Shown: positions 21,274 to 31,406, counted from the first letter of the stretch. The stretch: DNA of 64,000 nucleotides from Vulcanimicrobiota bacterium (GCA_963733295.1 CAVTCS010000003.1:992001-1056000), one strand, 5' to 3'. Translations and numbers: made by a program. The notes: generated by a model not told the origin, from the letters alone.

Positions 21274-22679
21274 TTCGACTCCGGCGCGGCGTCGCTCACG
21301 AGATGCGGCGTTATGAGGAAGACGACTTCGTCCTTCGTGTGCGACGTTTGCCGATTCTTGAAAATCTCGCCGACGATGGGAATGTCGGCGAGGAAAGGTA
21401 TCTTCGTAAGAGTCGAACTGTCGACGTCCGAGAAGAGACCGGCAATGACGATCGTTTCCCCGTCGTGCACGCGCAAAGTCGACTGAGCCTTGCGCGTTCC
21501 GATGACCGGAAACGTCCCGACGAATGCGAGAAACTGGCTGTAATCGGTCTCGAGGTCGGTCGTGATCGAGCCGTCGGCGCCGATCGTCGGCGTTACGTGC
21601 AAGTTGACGCCGACGTTGACGAACTGAACCTGTTGGGTTCCGGTGCGCGGATCGAAGTAGACGATCGGATAGGATTCGCCAACGAGCAAAGCGGCCGGAA
21701 CGTCGTTGAGCGTCGAAAGACTTGGCTCCGCCAAGATGGAGGCTTGTCCTTTCGTCACCATCGCGTTGAGGGTCGCATTGATCGCGACCGACCTGTTGAC
21801 GAACGTCGTTACGGTCGAACCGCTGCCTGCATGCTGCGTACCGTTGACGTCGATGCCTCCAAAAAGAATGCCGACGTCCATCGAGTCGCTCTGGGGCGTC
21901 AAATCCGTTACCCGCACCTCATACTTCACTTGCCGGCCCGGGCGGTCGAAACTCGCCAGCAGTTGGCTGGCCTGAGCGATGAAGTCGTCGGTGCCCGAAA
22001 GGACGACGTCGTTCCGCAGATCCCCGGCGTAGGCACCGGAGGGCGGTACGATCTGGAGGCTGACCGCCAGCGCAGCCAGCGCATCGCGCGCTTTGATGTA
22101 CTTTATGTCGACCGTCGCGGTCCGTAGCGTCGTGGATCGATCCAACTGTGCGATGAGTTCTCTCGAACGTGCGATCGTGTCCGCCGACCCGGTTACGACC
22201 ACGCTCGCCGTCCGGCGATCGGCGACGATGATCGTCCCGCGCGGCAATGCGTCGCTTAAACTACGCGCGACGTCGCCGGCCGTCGCGTTCCGCAACGCGA
22301 ACGTTTGCGTGCGCAAACCATAGGCGCCGGCATTCGGAAAGCGCCGCGTCATCACGTCGTATGGTCCGAGATAGACTATCCCGTCCTGACGAACGACGGC
22401 GAGGCCGTTGCTTTCCGCGAGGGTAGCCAGCGCCCGATCGAAACTGACGCCTTCGAGTCGCAGCGTCACGGGATGGTGCGACACGGAGCTGTCGACGACG
22501 ACGTTTACCGAAGCTTGGGTGGCGAGGAGTCTCACCGTATCGTAGATATCGAGATCGCGAACGTCGAGCGAGATGAGCTCGGAGGTGGCCGCGACGGGAA
22601 AGCACGTCGTGTTGACGGCGACGGTGCAGGCAAACGTGAGGACGAAAAAGCGGAACATCGGCGAAGCTCCTTTGATCAA
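21270..22679 (-). CDS. Secretin (PilQ/GspD family)
   Basis: Signal peptide, STN-like ISLDVRDLDI, N-domain ADRRTASVVV, secretin core ILAEPSL...GVNLHVTPTI...KIPFLADIPIVGEIFK...FLITPHLV; alternative ATG start at 22658. Confidence 0.9.
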   Translation of the reverse strand: MIKGASPMFRFFVLTFACTVAVNTTCFPVAATSELISLDVRDLDIYDTVRLLATQASVNVVVDSSVSHHPVTLRLEGVSFDRALATLAESNGLAVVRQDGIVYLGPYDVMTRRFPNAGAYGLRTQTFALRNATAGDVARSLSDALPRGTIIVADRRTASVVVTGSADTIARSRELIAQLDRSTTLRTATVDIKYIKARDALAALAVSLQIVPPSGAYAGDLRNDVVLSGTDDFIAQASQLLASFDRPGRQVKYEVRVTDLTPQSDSMDVGILFGGIDVNGTQHAGSGSTVTTFVNRSVAINATLNAMVTKGQASILAEPSLSTLNDVPAALLVGESYPIVYFDPRTGTQQVQFVNVGVNLHVTPTIGADGSITTDLETDYSQFLAFVGTFPVIGTRKAQSTLRVHDGETIVIAGLFSDVDSSTLTKIPFLADIPIVGEIFKNRQTSHTKDEVVFLITPHLVSDAAPESK

Positions 22680-23458
22680 TAAGGCGGCCGCAAGGGCGGA
22701 AGCGGATAGGGCGTCGGCCCGTTCGGGTCCGCAGTGGGACTGACGCCGACCGGCAGAAAGTCGGGAACGATCGTCGGAAGCGGGCCCGGTGGTGGAAGCG
22801 TCGCGAATGCCGCGGGTGACGGCCGAGCCGGCACAAGGGGAAGCCCGCCCGGGGAGGCTGCGGGAGTCGCGCTCGCCCTGCCGCGCAGCGCCTCTAAGAG
22901 CAAGCGGCGCAGCTCGTCGATCGTCGTTCTGGTCCCGCGAGTTCGCGAGCCCGGTCCTTCGTGCGAACTTTCGCGTGAGGAGAGTTCGAGAGTCGAGTCG
23001 TCGCTGAAGCTGATGCCGTGCAGGCCGATGCGTTTGATGGTGCGCTCGCCGAGCTTGCTGCCGACGTGCACGATGTCGATCGCGGTTCCGTCCTGCACGT
23101 ACGCGACCGGGTGGTCGCCCGCGATCGTCGCCTTGAGTTCGAGCGTCGTGACGTTCGAATCGGCGATCGGGCCGGCCGGTTCCGGCGGCGGACCCGCGAT
23201 ATCTGGAACGCTGGCGCTGATGCCGGATTGCGCAGGTGCTGGTCGCGCTAGAGGTCTCCCGGCGAACGGGTCACGACGGATCGCCGCTTCAACCGGCGGC
23301 GAGTGTCCGAGGCGCGGAACGCTGAGGGTCGCGCTCGGCGGCACTTCTTGGCCGCGGGCGAGCAAAGCCTCGCCGAACGGTCCGGACGAAATCACGTATG
23401 CCGTGGCGGAGGCTGTCAGCAAAGCCGCACGTTGCCGGCGAGACAACGCGATCCTCAT
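22676..23458 (-). CDS. Proline-rich pilus assembly protein (PilP/GspC position)
   Basis: RRDPF motif and LELKATI...AYVQ...VHVGSKLG beta region; located between the PilO-like gene and the secretin. Confidence 0.55.
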   Translation of the reverse strand: MRIALSRRQRAALLTASATAYVISSGPFGEALLARGQEVPPSATLSVPRLGHSPPVEAAIRRDPFAGRPLARPAPAQSGISASVPDIAGPPPEPAGPIADSNVTTLELKATIAGDHPVAYVQDGTAIDIVHVGSKLGERTIKRIGLHGISFSDDSTLELSSRESSHEGPGSRTRGTRTTIDELRRLLLEALRGRASATPAASPGGLPLVPARPSPAAFATLPPPGPLPTIVPDFLPVGVSPTADPNGPTPYPLPPLRPPY

Positions 23459-24021
23459 GGCACGTTCTCGCGCGGCGGTTCGAAGAGCGTAAGCGGAACC
23501 ACGCTGATGAGCGAGTTCGCGCTACGTCGCACGCTCGGCTCTGCGACTGAAACCAAAGCGTTTCCGCGCGAGAGGTCCGCGATTGCCTCGAGGAGGTTCG
23601 CGTAGGAACCCTCGAGCACGAGCGAGCCGTGCTCCTCGTCCATCCGCCGACGCGCCGGGCGCGTCATTCCCGTCCCGCGAACCTCCGGCGCGTGTTGGGG
23701 CGCGCGTTGAAAGGAAGTAGAAACGACTCGAATTCGGCGGCGGCGCGCAATCCGACCCAAATCCTGCACGAACGTATCTTCCGGCTGCTCCCTCAGGAGT
23801 TTACCGACTTGTTCGCGCAACGCGTTGCGCTCGGAGCGCAGAAGCGGAGTGTTCGCGAAGGCGACCTCATCGTTGTGAAGCAGCTGCTCGGTGTCGCTCA
23901 AACTCAGCTGGACCGCGGCGATGCGTGGTTCGAAGTAGAACACGACCGACAAAACCGTTGCCACCGTCACAGCGAGCGTCAACCCTCTCGCCAAACCGGC
24001 CGGCGCGGAGGAAAGCTTCAT
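23455..24021 (-). CDS. PilO-like protein
   Basis: N-terminal TM, coiled coil, LEGSYANLLEAIADL motif, gene order. Confidence 0.65.
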   Translation of the reverse strand: MKLSSAPAGLARGLTLAVTVATVLSVVFYFEPRIAAVQLSLSDTEQLLHNDEVAFANTPLLRSERNALREQVGKLLREQPEDTFVQDLGRIARRRRIRVVSTSFQRAPQHAPEVRGTGMTRPARRRMDEEHGSLVLEGSYANLLEAIADLSRGNALVSVAEPSVRRSANSLISVVPLTLFEPPRENVP

Positions 24022-24560
24022 TTCTGCAGGTCTAGCTCGGCAGCAAACGCATAGTGCCCGTCGTCGCGGCGGTGGAGATCGGTGAGCACGGCCTTGCCTC
24101 TGGGCATCTCGCGCTCGAGGAACGCCGCCGTCGAGCCGGCGAGCTCGATGGATGAGGTCTCACCGCCGAGTTCGACCGTTCGCCCACTCCAGGACAAGCG
24201 GTCGAGCCAGACGCCTTGCGGAATTGCGTTTCCGACGCGCGCGATCTGGAGCGCGGCTTCGTTTCCGCTGTCGTGCAACTCGGCTGCCGAGGCTCGGACG
24301 TCTTGTAGATGCGCAACCTCGAGCGCGATCCTGCGCGTCTCCGCACGCCGTCCGTCGTTCGCCTGGGCGAGATCGATTTGTCGTCGCGCCTCATCTTGCA
24401 TCCGATACAAGCGCCAACCCTCGACTCCGCCGGAAGCGGCCGCGGCAAACGCGATCCAGACGATCGCGAGTGCGACCGCTCGCAGAGCGTCCGGATCCAA
24501 AGCAATGCCGAAGAGCGCAATCTTCGTACCGGCTGCCGGCAACAGATTTGCCCGTATCAC
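24018..24560 (-). CDS. pilN: PilN-like protein
   Basis: GTG start (GTGA overlap) gives MIRANLLP; TM segment; IPQGVWLDRLS motif. Confidence 0.75.
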   Translation of the reverse strand: MIRANLLPAAGTKIALFGIALDPDALRAVALAIVWIAFAAAASGGVEGWRLYRMQDEARRQIDLAQANDGRRAETRRIALEVAHLQDVRASAAELHDSGNEAALQIARVGNAIPQGVWLDRLSWSGRTVELGGETSSIELAGSTAAFLEREMPRGKAVLTDLHRRDDGHYAFAAELDLQK

Positions 24561-25411
24561 GTTGCGGCGACCATACGCGATGCGGATGCCCATGAGGCGA
24601 GGCCGTAGGCAAAGAGCCAGCTCGGCGCGTCGGTTTCACCTACGCGCACCGAGGCGACGGCGTAGCCGTCGGCCTGCAACAATTCGCCGAGCAATTCGAC
24701 CCGGTCGGCGTCGCCGGTGACGGCGACGCGCTGCACGTCGGCGAGACCGCTACGCCGCGCGTCAACAAAGGCTGCTCGAACTTGACCGGCCAGCCGATCG
24801 GCTCCGAGGCGCGGCGCGAAGAGCTGCGTCGGACCGAGGGGCTCGGCGAAGATCGTCAGTGCGGCGCGCTCGCCTCTACAATCCAAGACGGCGTCGGCGC
24901 AGTTCACGGCGCGGCGCCAAACACAAGCTGGAACGTCGACCGCAATCGGCTTGAGCCCGGCTGCGCGCGCGACTGCGACGCGGTTCTCGAGCGGTTCCCG
25001 GCGTGCGATCGAAAGCAGCACCGCACCTTCGAGGTTGGGCAAGGGATCGAGCGCGATAGAACGTTCGCTGGGCGGCCAGGGAGCGAGTACGTCGGCCTCG
25101 AGCGCTGCAGCGCGATAGGCCTCGGTGCGCCGCGTTCCAGGCGAAAGGTGAAAGGGACGGCACACGATTTCGCCGGGCGGCGCCGCAAGAATGCAACGCC
25201 GTTCGTGCGTCTTGAAGGTTGAGAGCACTTCGCGGACGGCTTGCGCCATGCGCAAGTCGACGATGCTGTCGTCGAATGCTGCAACCTTGACGGTAGCGGC
25301 CTCCGTTACGACGACGCTCCGCGCTCGTTCCTCGAGCGCCACGATTGAAAGCGATTCGCTGCGAAAGTCGACGCCCAGCGGCAGCGAGCCCGTGGATTGA
25401 AAGAGGCGCAT
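24557..25411 (-). CDS. PilM-like actin-fold protein
   Basis: PLGVDF, AGLKPIAVDV, VAVTGD, AYGLA; lies upstream of pilN. Confidence 0.7.
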   Translation of the reverse strand: MRLFQSTGSLPLGVDFRSESLSIVALEERARSVVVTEAATVKVAAFDDSIVDLRMAQAVREVLSTFKTHERRCILAAPPGEIVCRPFHLSPGTRRTEAYRAAALEADVLAPWPPSERSIALDPLPNLEGAVLLSIARREPLENRVAVARAAGLKPIAVDVPACVWRRAVNCADAVLDCRGERAALTIFAEPLGPTQLFAPRLGADRLAGQVRAAFVDARRSGLADVQRVAVTGDADRVELLGELLQADGYAVASVRVGETDAPSWLFAYGLASWASASRMVAAT

Positions 25412-25415
25412 GAAG

Positions 25416-26021
25416 TCAACCCTCCGCCGACAGGAATGTGAAGGCAGCGCCCGCAGCGAGGTGCGGCCCGAAGCGAACCTCCGCTCCGCGCGTACAGCTG
25501 CCTCGTACGAGCGCAAGCGTCAACCCGCTCAGCGACGCGGCCAAAAGTACGAGCGCGGTTCGAGACGGTCCGAACGCGGCACCCAGTGAATACAGCGCTT
25601 TCACGTCACCCAGGCCAATCGCCCGGCCACGCGAGATGACGAAAACGAACCCCGCAAGTCCGGCGCTTTCCAGGATGCCGAGAAATGCTTCGTGGGTGCG
25701 ACCGGAAGCGAGCGCGGCGCCGAGGGCGATCGTTCCCGCGGGAAACGTTATCGCATCGATGAGGTAACCCGTGCGCGCGTCGACGACTCCGGCGGCGATG
25801 AGCGCGATGCAAACGCACCCCGTAGGCGCCGCGTGCGGGCCACGGTACGCGGCGACGGCAGCCAAGATGACCGCTCCGCTCCAAGCGAGCGGCGGCATCG
25901 CGATGCGTAGGGGTGCGATGAGCGTCGCGACGCGCGTGGCGCGGGTGAAGATCAACGTCGACCAGAGCATTACGCCGCAGAAGATGAGCGCCGCTCGGAC
26001 GAATTCGCTTAGAGCTTGCAT
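25416..26021 (-). CDS. Prepilin peptidase (A24), without the N-terminal Cys-rich domain
   Basis: Catalytic Asp motifs VVDARTG and GLGDVK, RFGPHLAAG; start ATG 26021. Confidence 0.8.
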   Translation of the reverse strand: MQALSEFVRAALIFCGVMLWSTLIFTRATRVATLIAPLRIAMPPLAWSGAVILAAVAAYRGPHAAPTGCVCIALIAAGVVDARTGYLIDAITFPAGTIALGAALASGRTHEAFLGILESAGLAGFVFVISRGRAIGLGDVKALYSLGAAFGPSRTALVLLAASLSGLTLALVRGSCTRGAEVRFGPHLAAGAAFTFLSAEG

Positions 26022-26500
26022 ACGCCGCTCTGCGGGGCATAGTGGAGCGTGGTATTCCCGGCTGCCGTACCGAACGCGCAGGTTCCAAGATTTGCGAGCG
26101 AGTTGGCGTCGTAGGCGCCCGGAGCATCGATGACGTACGAAGCGTTTCCGGTTGCCACGCCGCCGCCGTGGGTGTAGATGTAGTCTTGGCCATCGACGGG
26201 ATCGATCGGGGTTTGCTCCAGATATGGATTCGTCGCCGCGCCGTACAGGTCGATCGGCGTAACCTGCAAACCCGTGCCGGGCGGGTAGTCGTCTTTGTCG
26301 GCGTAGTAGAGTTCGAGCGACGTGGCGATCTGTTTGAGGTTCGCTTCCGATGTCGCGACTTGCGCCTCTTGCCGGGCGTGGATGAAATTGGGGATGATGA
26401 TCGTCGCGATCAACGCGATGATCGAGACCACGACCATCAATTCGATGAGCGTGAAGCCGCGCTGGTTCTCCAAAGGCTGCAAGGCGAGCGTATCGGTCAC
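26009..26500 (-). CDS. Type IV pilin / GspG-like major (pseudo)pilin
   Basis: Class III signal QRG|FTLIELMVVVSIIALIA; LELYYAD...YP...PIDPVDGQDYIY; GTG start after AGGAGA. Confidence 0.88.
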   Translation of the reverse strand: MTDTLALQPLENQRGFTLIELMVVVSIIALIATIIIPNFIHARQEAQVATSEANLKQIATSLELYYADKDDYPPGTGLQVTPIDLYGAATNPYLEQTPIDPVDGQDYIYTHGGGVATGNASYVIDAPGAYDANSLANLGTCAFGTAAGNTTLHYAPQSGVCKL

Positions 26501-26511
26501 AGAAAGTTCTC

Positions 26512-27729
26512 CTAGCGGATGGAACCGGCAAGAGTGGAGAGGGGCACGTAGACGACGTATAAAATCGTCCCGATCACGAAACCGAGTCCGACGGTGACGA
26601 TTGTTTGCACGATCGCAGGAATCGCGGCGAGCAACGCCTCGGCGTCTTCTTCGTAATATTCCGCGATCTTGACGAGCATCTGGGGGATGTTCCCGGCGTG
26701 CGATCCGACGCGCACGAAGCCGAGCGCGAGCGGTTCGAACAACCCGCTCGCGCAGAGGGCCTCTTCGAGCGAGGCGCAACTGCCCGACGCGATTGCGTCG
26801 CGCGCGGCGCGCAGGGCGCTGGTGTAGAGCGGGCTTCCGGCGACCGGCGCCGAGACGTCGAGCGCGCGCACCTGGCTGATCCCCGATTGAAGCAGCGTCG
26901 CCATGACGCGCGCTGTCCTAGCGACGACGCTCTTGCGAAGTGCTTCGCCAAGAATCGGGACGCGCAGACGCAACCGATCGAACGCGAGGGCTCCCGAAGG
27001 GTTCGTGACCCATCGCATGAGACCAAAAGCCACTGCGGTCGAGATCGCGAGGAGCGCCGCCAAAGCAGCGGGATTCGCAGCCAAATGCGCTAGGGTCAAG
27101 AGGGCGCCCATGGCAGCGGACGGCGCAGTGCCGAATTGCCGGAACAATTCGGCGAATTGCGGAACGACGACGATCAGCAGATATGCGCTTACGAAGAGCG
27201 CGACGATGACGACGAGAGCCGGGTAGAAGAGCGCGCCACGGAGCCGTTTGCGCAAGGTGTGATCGCGCTCGAGGAAGCCTGCCAACCGGTCGAACGCGTC
27301 AGCGCGGTTGCCGCTCTCTTCGCCGGCCGCAACCATCGCAATTTCCAGGTCGCTGAACTCATCGGGGCGCCTGCCCATCGCCGCGTGGAGCTTTTCGCCG
27401 CCCCGCTCGACCGCGGCCCGAACGCCGCGCAGCGCTTCCCGAAAGCGCGCGCTCGAAGCTTGTGCGGTTAAGAGCTCGAGGCTCGTCGAGAAGTCGACGC
27501 CGGCCTCTTCGAGCGCGGCGTAGGCGCGAAAGAAGGCCAGACGTTCGCCGATCTTGGCCCGGCGCCACACGGCGAAGGGCGGCAAGGCGGTCGAGGCGAC
27601 GAGCTCGGATGCGACGAGCCTGCGCTCGCGCAGCGTCGCCAACGCGGCCGCTCGATCGCTCGCGCGCATGCGACCGGCGACGCGTTCGCCGCCCCTCGTG
27701 CGCGCCGTATAGTTGAACGTTACGGACAT
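26512..27729 (-). CDS. pilC: Type IV pilus / T2SS platform protein (PilC/GspF)
   Basis: FNYTART, AGEESG, ALFYP, VVPQFAELF, LRVPILG, KIAEYYEE. Confidence 0.88.
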   Translation of the reverse strand: MSVTFNYTARTRGGERVAGRMRASDRAAALATLRERRLVASELVASTALPPFAVWRRAKIGERLAFFRAYAALEEAGVDFSTSLELLTAQASSARFREALRGVRAAVERGGEKLHAAMGRRPDEFSDLEIAMVAAGEESGNRADAFDRLAGFLERDHTLRKRLRGALFYPALVVIVALFVSAYLLIVVVPQFAELFRQFGTAPSAAMGALLTLAHLAANPAALAALLAISTAVAFGLMRWVTNPSGALAFDRLRLRVPILGEALRKSVVARTARVMATLLQSGISQVRALDVSAPVAGSPLYTSALRAARDAIASGSCASLEEALCASGLFEPLALGFVRVGSHAGNIPQMLVKIAEYYEEDAEALLAAIPAIVQTIVTVGLGFVIGTILYVVYVPLSTLAGSIR

Positions 27730-28811
27730 CAGCGCACGCTCGCAACGAGGCGAATCTGATCGGGGTAGTCCGACGCGGCCAGCGCGACTTCGTAGGTGAC
27801 GAGGCCGGTCTCGACCAAACGCGAGAGATCCATTTCGAGCGTCTGCATCCCGTCCCGCCGCGATATCTCGATCGTATTTCGAACCTGCAGCGATTTCTCG
27901 GGCGAAAGCAACTGCGAGCGCACCGCCGCATTGTTAAGGAGAATCTCGCAGGCGGCGTGGCGCCCCCGGCCGCTCGAGTCGGCTACGAGCCGCATCGAGA
28001 CGATCGCTTGCAGCGAGTGCGCCAGCTGCATGCGCGCCTGCTCCTGGCGCCCGCCCTCGAAGACGCCGACGACGCGCTGCACGGTCTCGGCGGCTTCCGA
28101 GGTGTGCAACGTGCTAAACACGAGATGGCCCGTTTCGCTCGCCTGAAGACAGGCCGACATGACATCGGGATCGCGCAGCTCGCCGATCAGGATCACGTCG
28201 GGATCTGCTCGTAAAAGGCCACGTAGAGACTCTGCGTAGGAACCGACATCTCGGCCGATTTCGCGTTGCCGGATCAGCGAGAGCTTGCTGCGGTGCCGGT
28301 ATTCCACCGGTTCCTCGACCGTCACGATATGCCGCCGATAGCGCTTGTTGATCTCGTTGATGAGAGCGGCCAAGGCGGTGGATTTCCCCGATCCGGTTGG
28401 GCCCGTGAACAGCACGAGACCGTGAGGAAACTCGGCAAAGGTCGCGACGATGTCGGGAAGTCCCAAACTTGCAAGCTCCGGAACACCTTCGCGAAGAAGA
28501 CGCATCGAGAGCGCCAAGCCGTTCTCGCCGCGAAACGCGTGAATGCGGATCGCCCCGAAACTCGGGTGAGCCAGCGCGCCGTCGGCCGCCCCGTGAACGC
28601 CATTGAGCCGGTCGTATTCCTTTTTGCTCAGATAGGTCTCGCAGAAAGCGCGGACCGACTCGGGTTCGATCACCGCCAAGTCCATGCGCTGCATCGCCCC
28701 GTCCACGCGCGACCACGGCGGCTCGTTGCCCTCGACGTGAAGATCGGAGGTGCTGGCAGCCTGCGCGCTTTCACGCACGACCCGGATCGCCTCCTCGATA
28801 TCGGCGAGCAC
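27729..28811 (-). CDS. pilT: Retraction ATPase PilT
   Basis: SDLH, GPTGSGKST, TVEEPVE, LRADPDVILIGELRD, ETGHLVFSTLHT, GMQTL. Confidence 0.9.
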   Translation of the reverse strand: MLADIEEAIRVVRESAQAASTSDLHVEGNEPPWSRVDGAMQRMDLAVIEPESVRAFCETYLSKKEYDRLNGVHGAADGALAHPSFGAIRIHAFRGENGLALSMRLLREGVPELASLGLPDIVATFAEFPHGLVLFTGPTGSGKSTALAALINEINKRYRRHIVTVEEPVEYRHRSKLSLIRQREIGRDVGSYAESLRGLLRADPDVILIGELRDPDVMSACLQASETGHLVFSTLHTSEAAETVQRVVGVFEGGRQEQARMQLAHSLQAIVSMRLVADSSGRGRHAACEILLNNAAVRSQLLSPEKSLQVRNTIEISRRDGMQTLEMDLSRLVETGLVTYEVALAASDYPDQIRLVASVR

Positions 28812-28816
28812 CGCGG

Positions 28817-30256
28817 CTACTCCGCGTCATCAAAGGAAAGGTGCCGCAGCACCTCGCCTTCCGACGTAACGCCGGCCGCAACGTGACGCAGCGCGTCGAC
28901 GACCATCGGCCGGTAGCCGATGCCGAATGCGATCGCGCCGAGCTGCGTCGGCGTATCGCCGCGTTCGATCGCCGCAGCCAGTTCCGGTTTGATTTCAAAG
29001 ACCTCGAAGGCCCCGACGCGCCCCTGGAACCCGGAGTGCGAGCAGCTTTCGCAGCCGCGCGCGTCCCAGGCTGCGGTCCCGGATGCCAGCCCGTAGCGGC
29101 GCGCGACGGCGAGCGCCTGCGAGGAGATCGAGCTCTTGATTTTGCAGCGTCGGCAGAGCATCCGCAACAGCCGCTGTGAAAGCGCGAGCGTGAGCGACGA
29201 GGCGAGCGTCGCCCGATTCGCACCGAGTTCCGCGAGACGCGCGGGCACGCGCAGCGCGTCGCGAGCGTGTAAGGTCGTGACGAGCGAGATTCCGGTGAGG
29301 CTCGCGGCCAGCGCGATCTGCACCGTTTCGACGTCGCGTAACTCGCCGATGAAGAGCTGCTGCGGATTCTGTCGCAGAAGCGCGCGCAGAGCCACGGGGA
29401 AGGTCACGCCGGCACGCTCGTTCACCGCGATCTGCGCTACGCCGGGAATGCGGCACTCGACCGGGTCTTCTACGCTGCAGACGTTGATCTGATCGAGGTC
29501 GAACGTTTGGAGCGACGCGTAGGAGGTCGTCGACTTGCCGCTGCCGGTGGGGCCGGCGACGACGCAAAAGGCGCCCGGGCGCTTCAGCGCACGTTGAAAG
29601 CGTGCCAACAGCTCGCTCCCCATTCCGAGCTGTTCCAGATCGGGCACGAGATCGAAACGTTGCAGAAAGCGCAACACGATCTTTTCCATTCCCGACACCG
29701 GGATCGTCGACGTTCGCACCTCGAAGGCTCTCCCGTCGAAGCTGACCGACAGACGCCCGTCCTGCGGTATGCGCGATTCTCCGGTGTTCATGTTCGCGCG
29801 AACCTTGATGAGCGAGACGACTCTTTCGAAGAGCTCGGCCTCGAGCTTTCGGTCACTCTGTAAGACGCCGTCGACGTCGAGCCGGACGCGACCCCCGCGG
29901 TTTTCCACGGGCTCGACGTGCACGTCGGAGGCATAGCTCGTGATCGCCGCGGCGAAGATCTCGTCGAGAGTCTGCGCCGCCAACGAGTCGCCGTCGCGCG
30001 CGGGCAAAGCCGGATAGAGAGACTTGAGCTGCTCGCGGATGTCGCGCACCGGCAACACCATCGTGACGACGTCCTTGCGCGTCTGCTGCCGGATCTTCTC
30101 GATGAGTTCGGCCGTCTCGCTCGCAACGGCCACGGTGATGCAGGTGCCGTCGTACGCGACGGGTAGAACGTCGGCGTCGTACGCGAGCGCGCGGGACAAG
30201 ATCGCCGCTGCGGTCTGCTGCGTAGCTAAGGGTGCCTGTTCGGAGAGTTGCGTCAC
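28817..30256 (-). CDS. pilB: Extension ATPase PilB/GspE
   Basis: ASDVHVEP, PQDGR, GPTGSGKSTT, EDPVE, LRQNP, TTLHA, CxxC...CxxC zinc motif; GTG start at 30256. Confidence 0.88.
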   Translation of the reverse strand: MTQLSEQAPLATQQTAAAILSRALAYDADVLPVAYDGTCITVAVASETAELIEKIRQQTRKDVVTMVLPVRDIREQLKSLYPALPARDGDSLAAQTLDEIFAAAITSYASDVHVEPVENRGGRVRLDVDGVLQSDRKLEAELFERVVSLIKVRANMNTGESRIPQDGRLSVSFDGRAFEVRTSTIPVSGMEKIVLRFLQRFDLVPDLEQLGMGSELLARFQRALKRPGAFCVVAGPTGSGKSTTSYASLQTFDLDQINVCSVEDPVECRIPGVAQIAVNERAGVTFPVALRALLRQNPQQLFIGELRDVETVQIALAASLTGISLVTTLHARDALRVPARLAELGANRATLASSLTLALSQRLLRMLCRRCKIKSSISSQALAVARRYGLASGTAAWDARGCESCSHSGFQGRVGAFEVFEIKPELAAAIERGDTPTQLGAIAFGIGYRPMVVDALRHVAAGVTSEGEVLRHLSFDDAE

Positions 30257-30729
30257 TGCCGAGCCTCGAAGCGGAGGCGCACGGCGGCACCGTACACCCC
30301 GCGCGCGTAGCCGAGGCCGGCCCAGTAACCGCCCGCGTTGTACGCGCTGAGCGCGTGAAACAGCGCGCGCTGCCCGGGTCCGAAGTAGCGTGTGGCTCGT
30401 CCGTAGTCTTCGCTGAGAATGCGGCCGCCGGCGGCGAGGTTCGTGCACGGATCGAAGGCGCCGCGAAGACTGAGGCGCAGCCGCCGTACGTTGCTCACGT
30501 TGAGCTGCATCAATCCGAAATCCAGGTTATGCCCGAGCCCAAGCAGGCGTCTGGCGAGACTTTCTGCATCGGCCGGATTCGCTGGAAAGTATGCGCGACG
30601 GGTCGTGTTGTCGCCTATCGCTTCCGGCCGGCCGCCGCTCTCGTAAGCGACGATGGCGGCCAACGTCCGGGGTCCGATCGACGGCGCGCAAGCGTGCATC
30701 AAAGCGTTGAGCGTGAATGAGACGAGCAT
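30253..30729 (-). CDS. Lytic transglycosylase, VirB1-like SLT family
   Basis: CAPSIGPRTLAAIVAYESGG, DFGLMQLN, FDPCTNLAAGGRIL, ALSAYNAG. Confidence 0.85.
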   Translation of the reverse strand: MLVSFTLNALMHACAPSIGPRTLAAIVAYESGGRPEAIGDNTTRRAYFPANPADAESLARRLLGLGHNLDFGLMQLNVSNVRRLRLSLRGAFDPCTNLAAGGRILSEDYGRATRYFGPGQRALFHALSAYNAGGYWAGLGYARGVYGAAVRLRFEARQ

Positions 30730-30734
30730 GTCCG

Positions 30735-31406
30735 TTATGAGACCAGCTCGTCGACGCAAACGCATTGCATTCGCAAGAGCGCAATGCCGTGTAAACGCGA
30801 GATTTGTTTGGCCGACATATCGAGGCGCTGCGCAACCTCCAATTGTCGCAAGCCGTGCAGATAGATTCCGACGATGATCCGACGCTCGAGTTCGGGTAAG
30901 ACGGCGAGGGCCGCTTCGACGAGCAAGCGATCGTCCGCGTTGGAACGTTCTGCCGGCTCGGCGGCAGCGTTTCGGGCTGCAGCATCGGCCCGATCGTCGA
31001 GCCGTATGAGACGGGCAGCTTGTTGCGCGCGGCGATGCCGCTGTAGCGAGTGGGTTGAGATCTCGAGCCTGCAGGCTAACTCGGCGTCGAGGGGCGCGCG
31101 ACCCAACTCCGCGCTGAGTTGTTCGTACGCCGCGTCGAGCTGTTGCTGCCGCCGCTGCACGTCGCGAGGGAGTCGGACGATGCGTTCGTGATCGCGCACG
31201 AAATGAAGGAGTTCACCGAGAATGAGAACCCAAGCGTACGCTTCGAACGGCGTGCGCAACGAAGCGTCGTAACGATCGGCCGCTTTGATCAAGCCGATAG
31301 CGGCCACCTGTTCGAGGTCGCAACGCTCGAGTCCGGGCCTGACGAATTTTCGAGCCGCGCGACGGCAGAGATAACGATAGGCCGTTACGAGATATTCACG
31401 ATGCAT
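30735..31406 (-). CDS. Group 3 sigma-70 factor (SigB/SigF/SigG type)
   Basis: DLEQVAAIGLIKAADRYD, FEAYA..ILGELLHFVRD, VRLPR, LGRAP...ELA, region 4 QLEVAQRLDMSAKQISRL. Confidence 0.88.
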   Translation of the reverse strand: MHREYLVTAYRYLCRRAARKFVRPGLERCDLEQVAAIGLIKAADRYDASLRTPFEAYAWVLILGELLHFVRDHERIVRLPRDVQRRQQQLDAAYEQLSAELGRAPLDAELACRLEISTHSLQRHRRAQQAARLIRLDDRADAAARNAAAEPAERSNADDRLLVEAALAVLPELERRIIVGIYLHGLRQLEVAQRLDMSAKQISRLHGIALLRMQCVCVDELVS

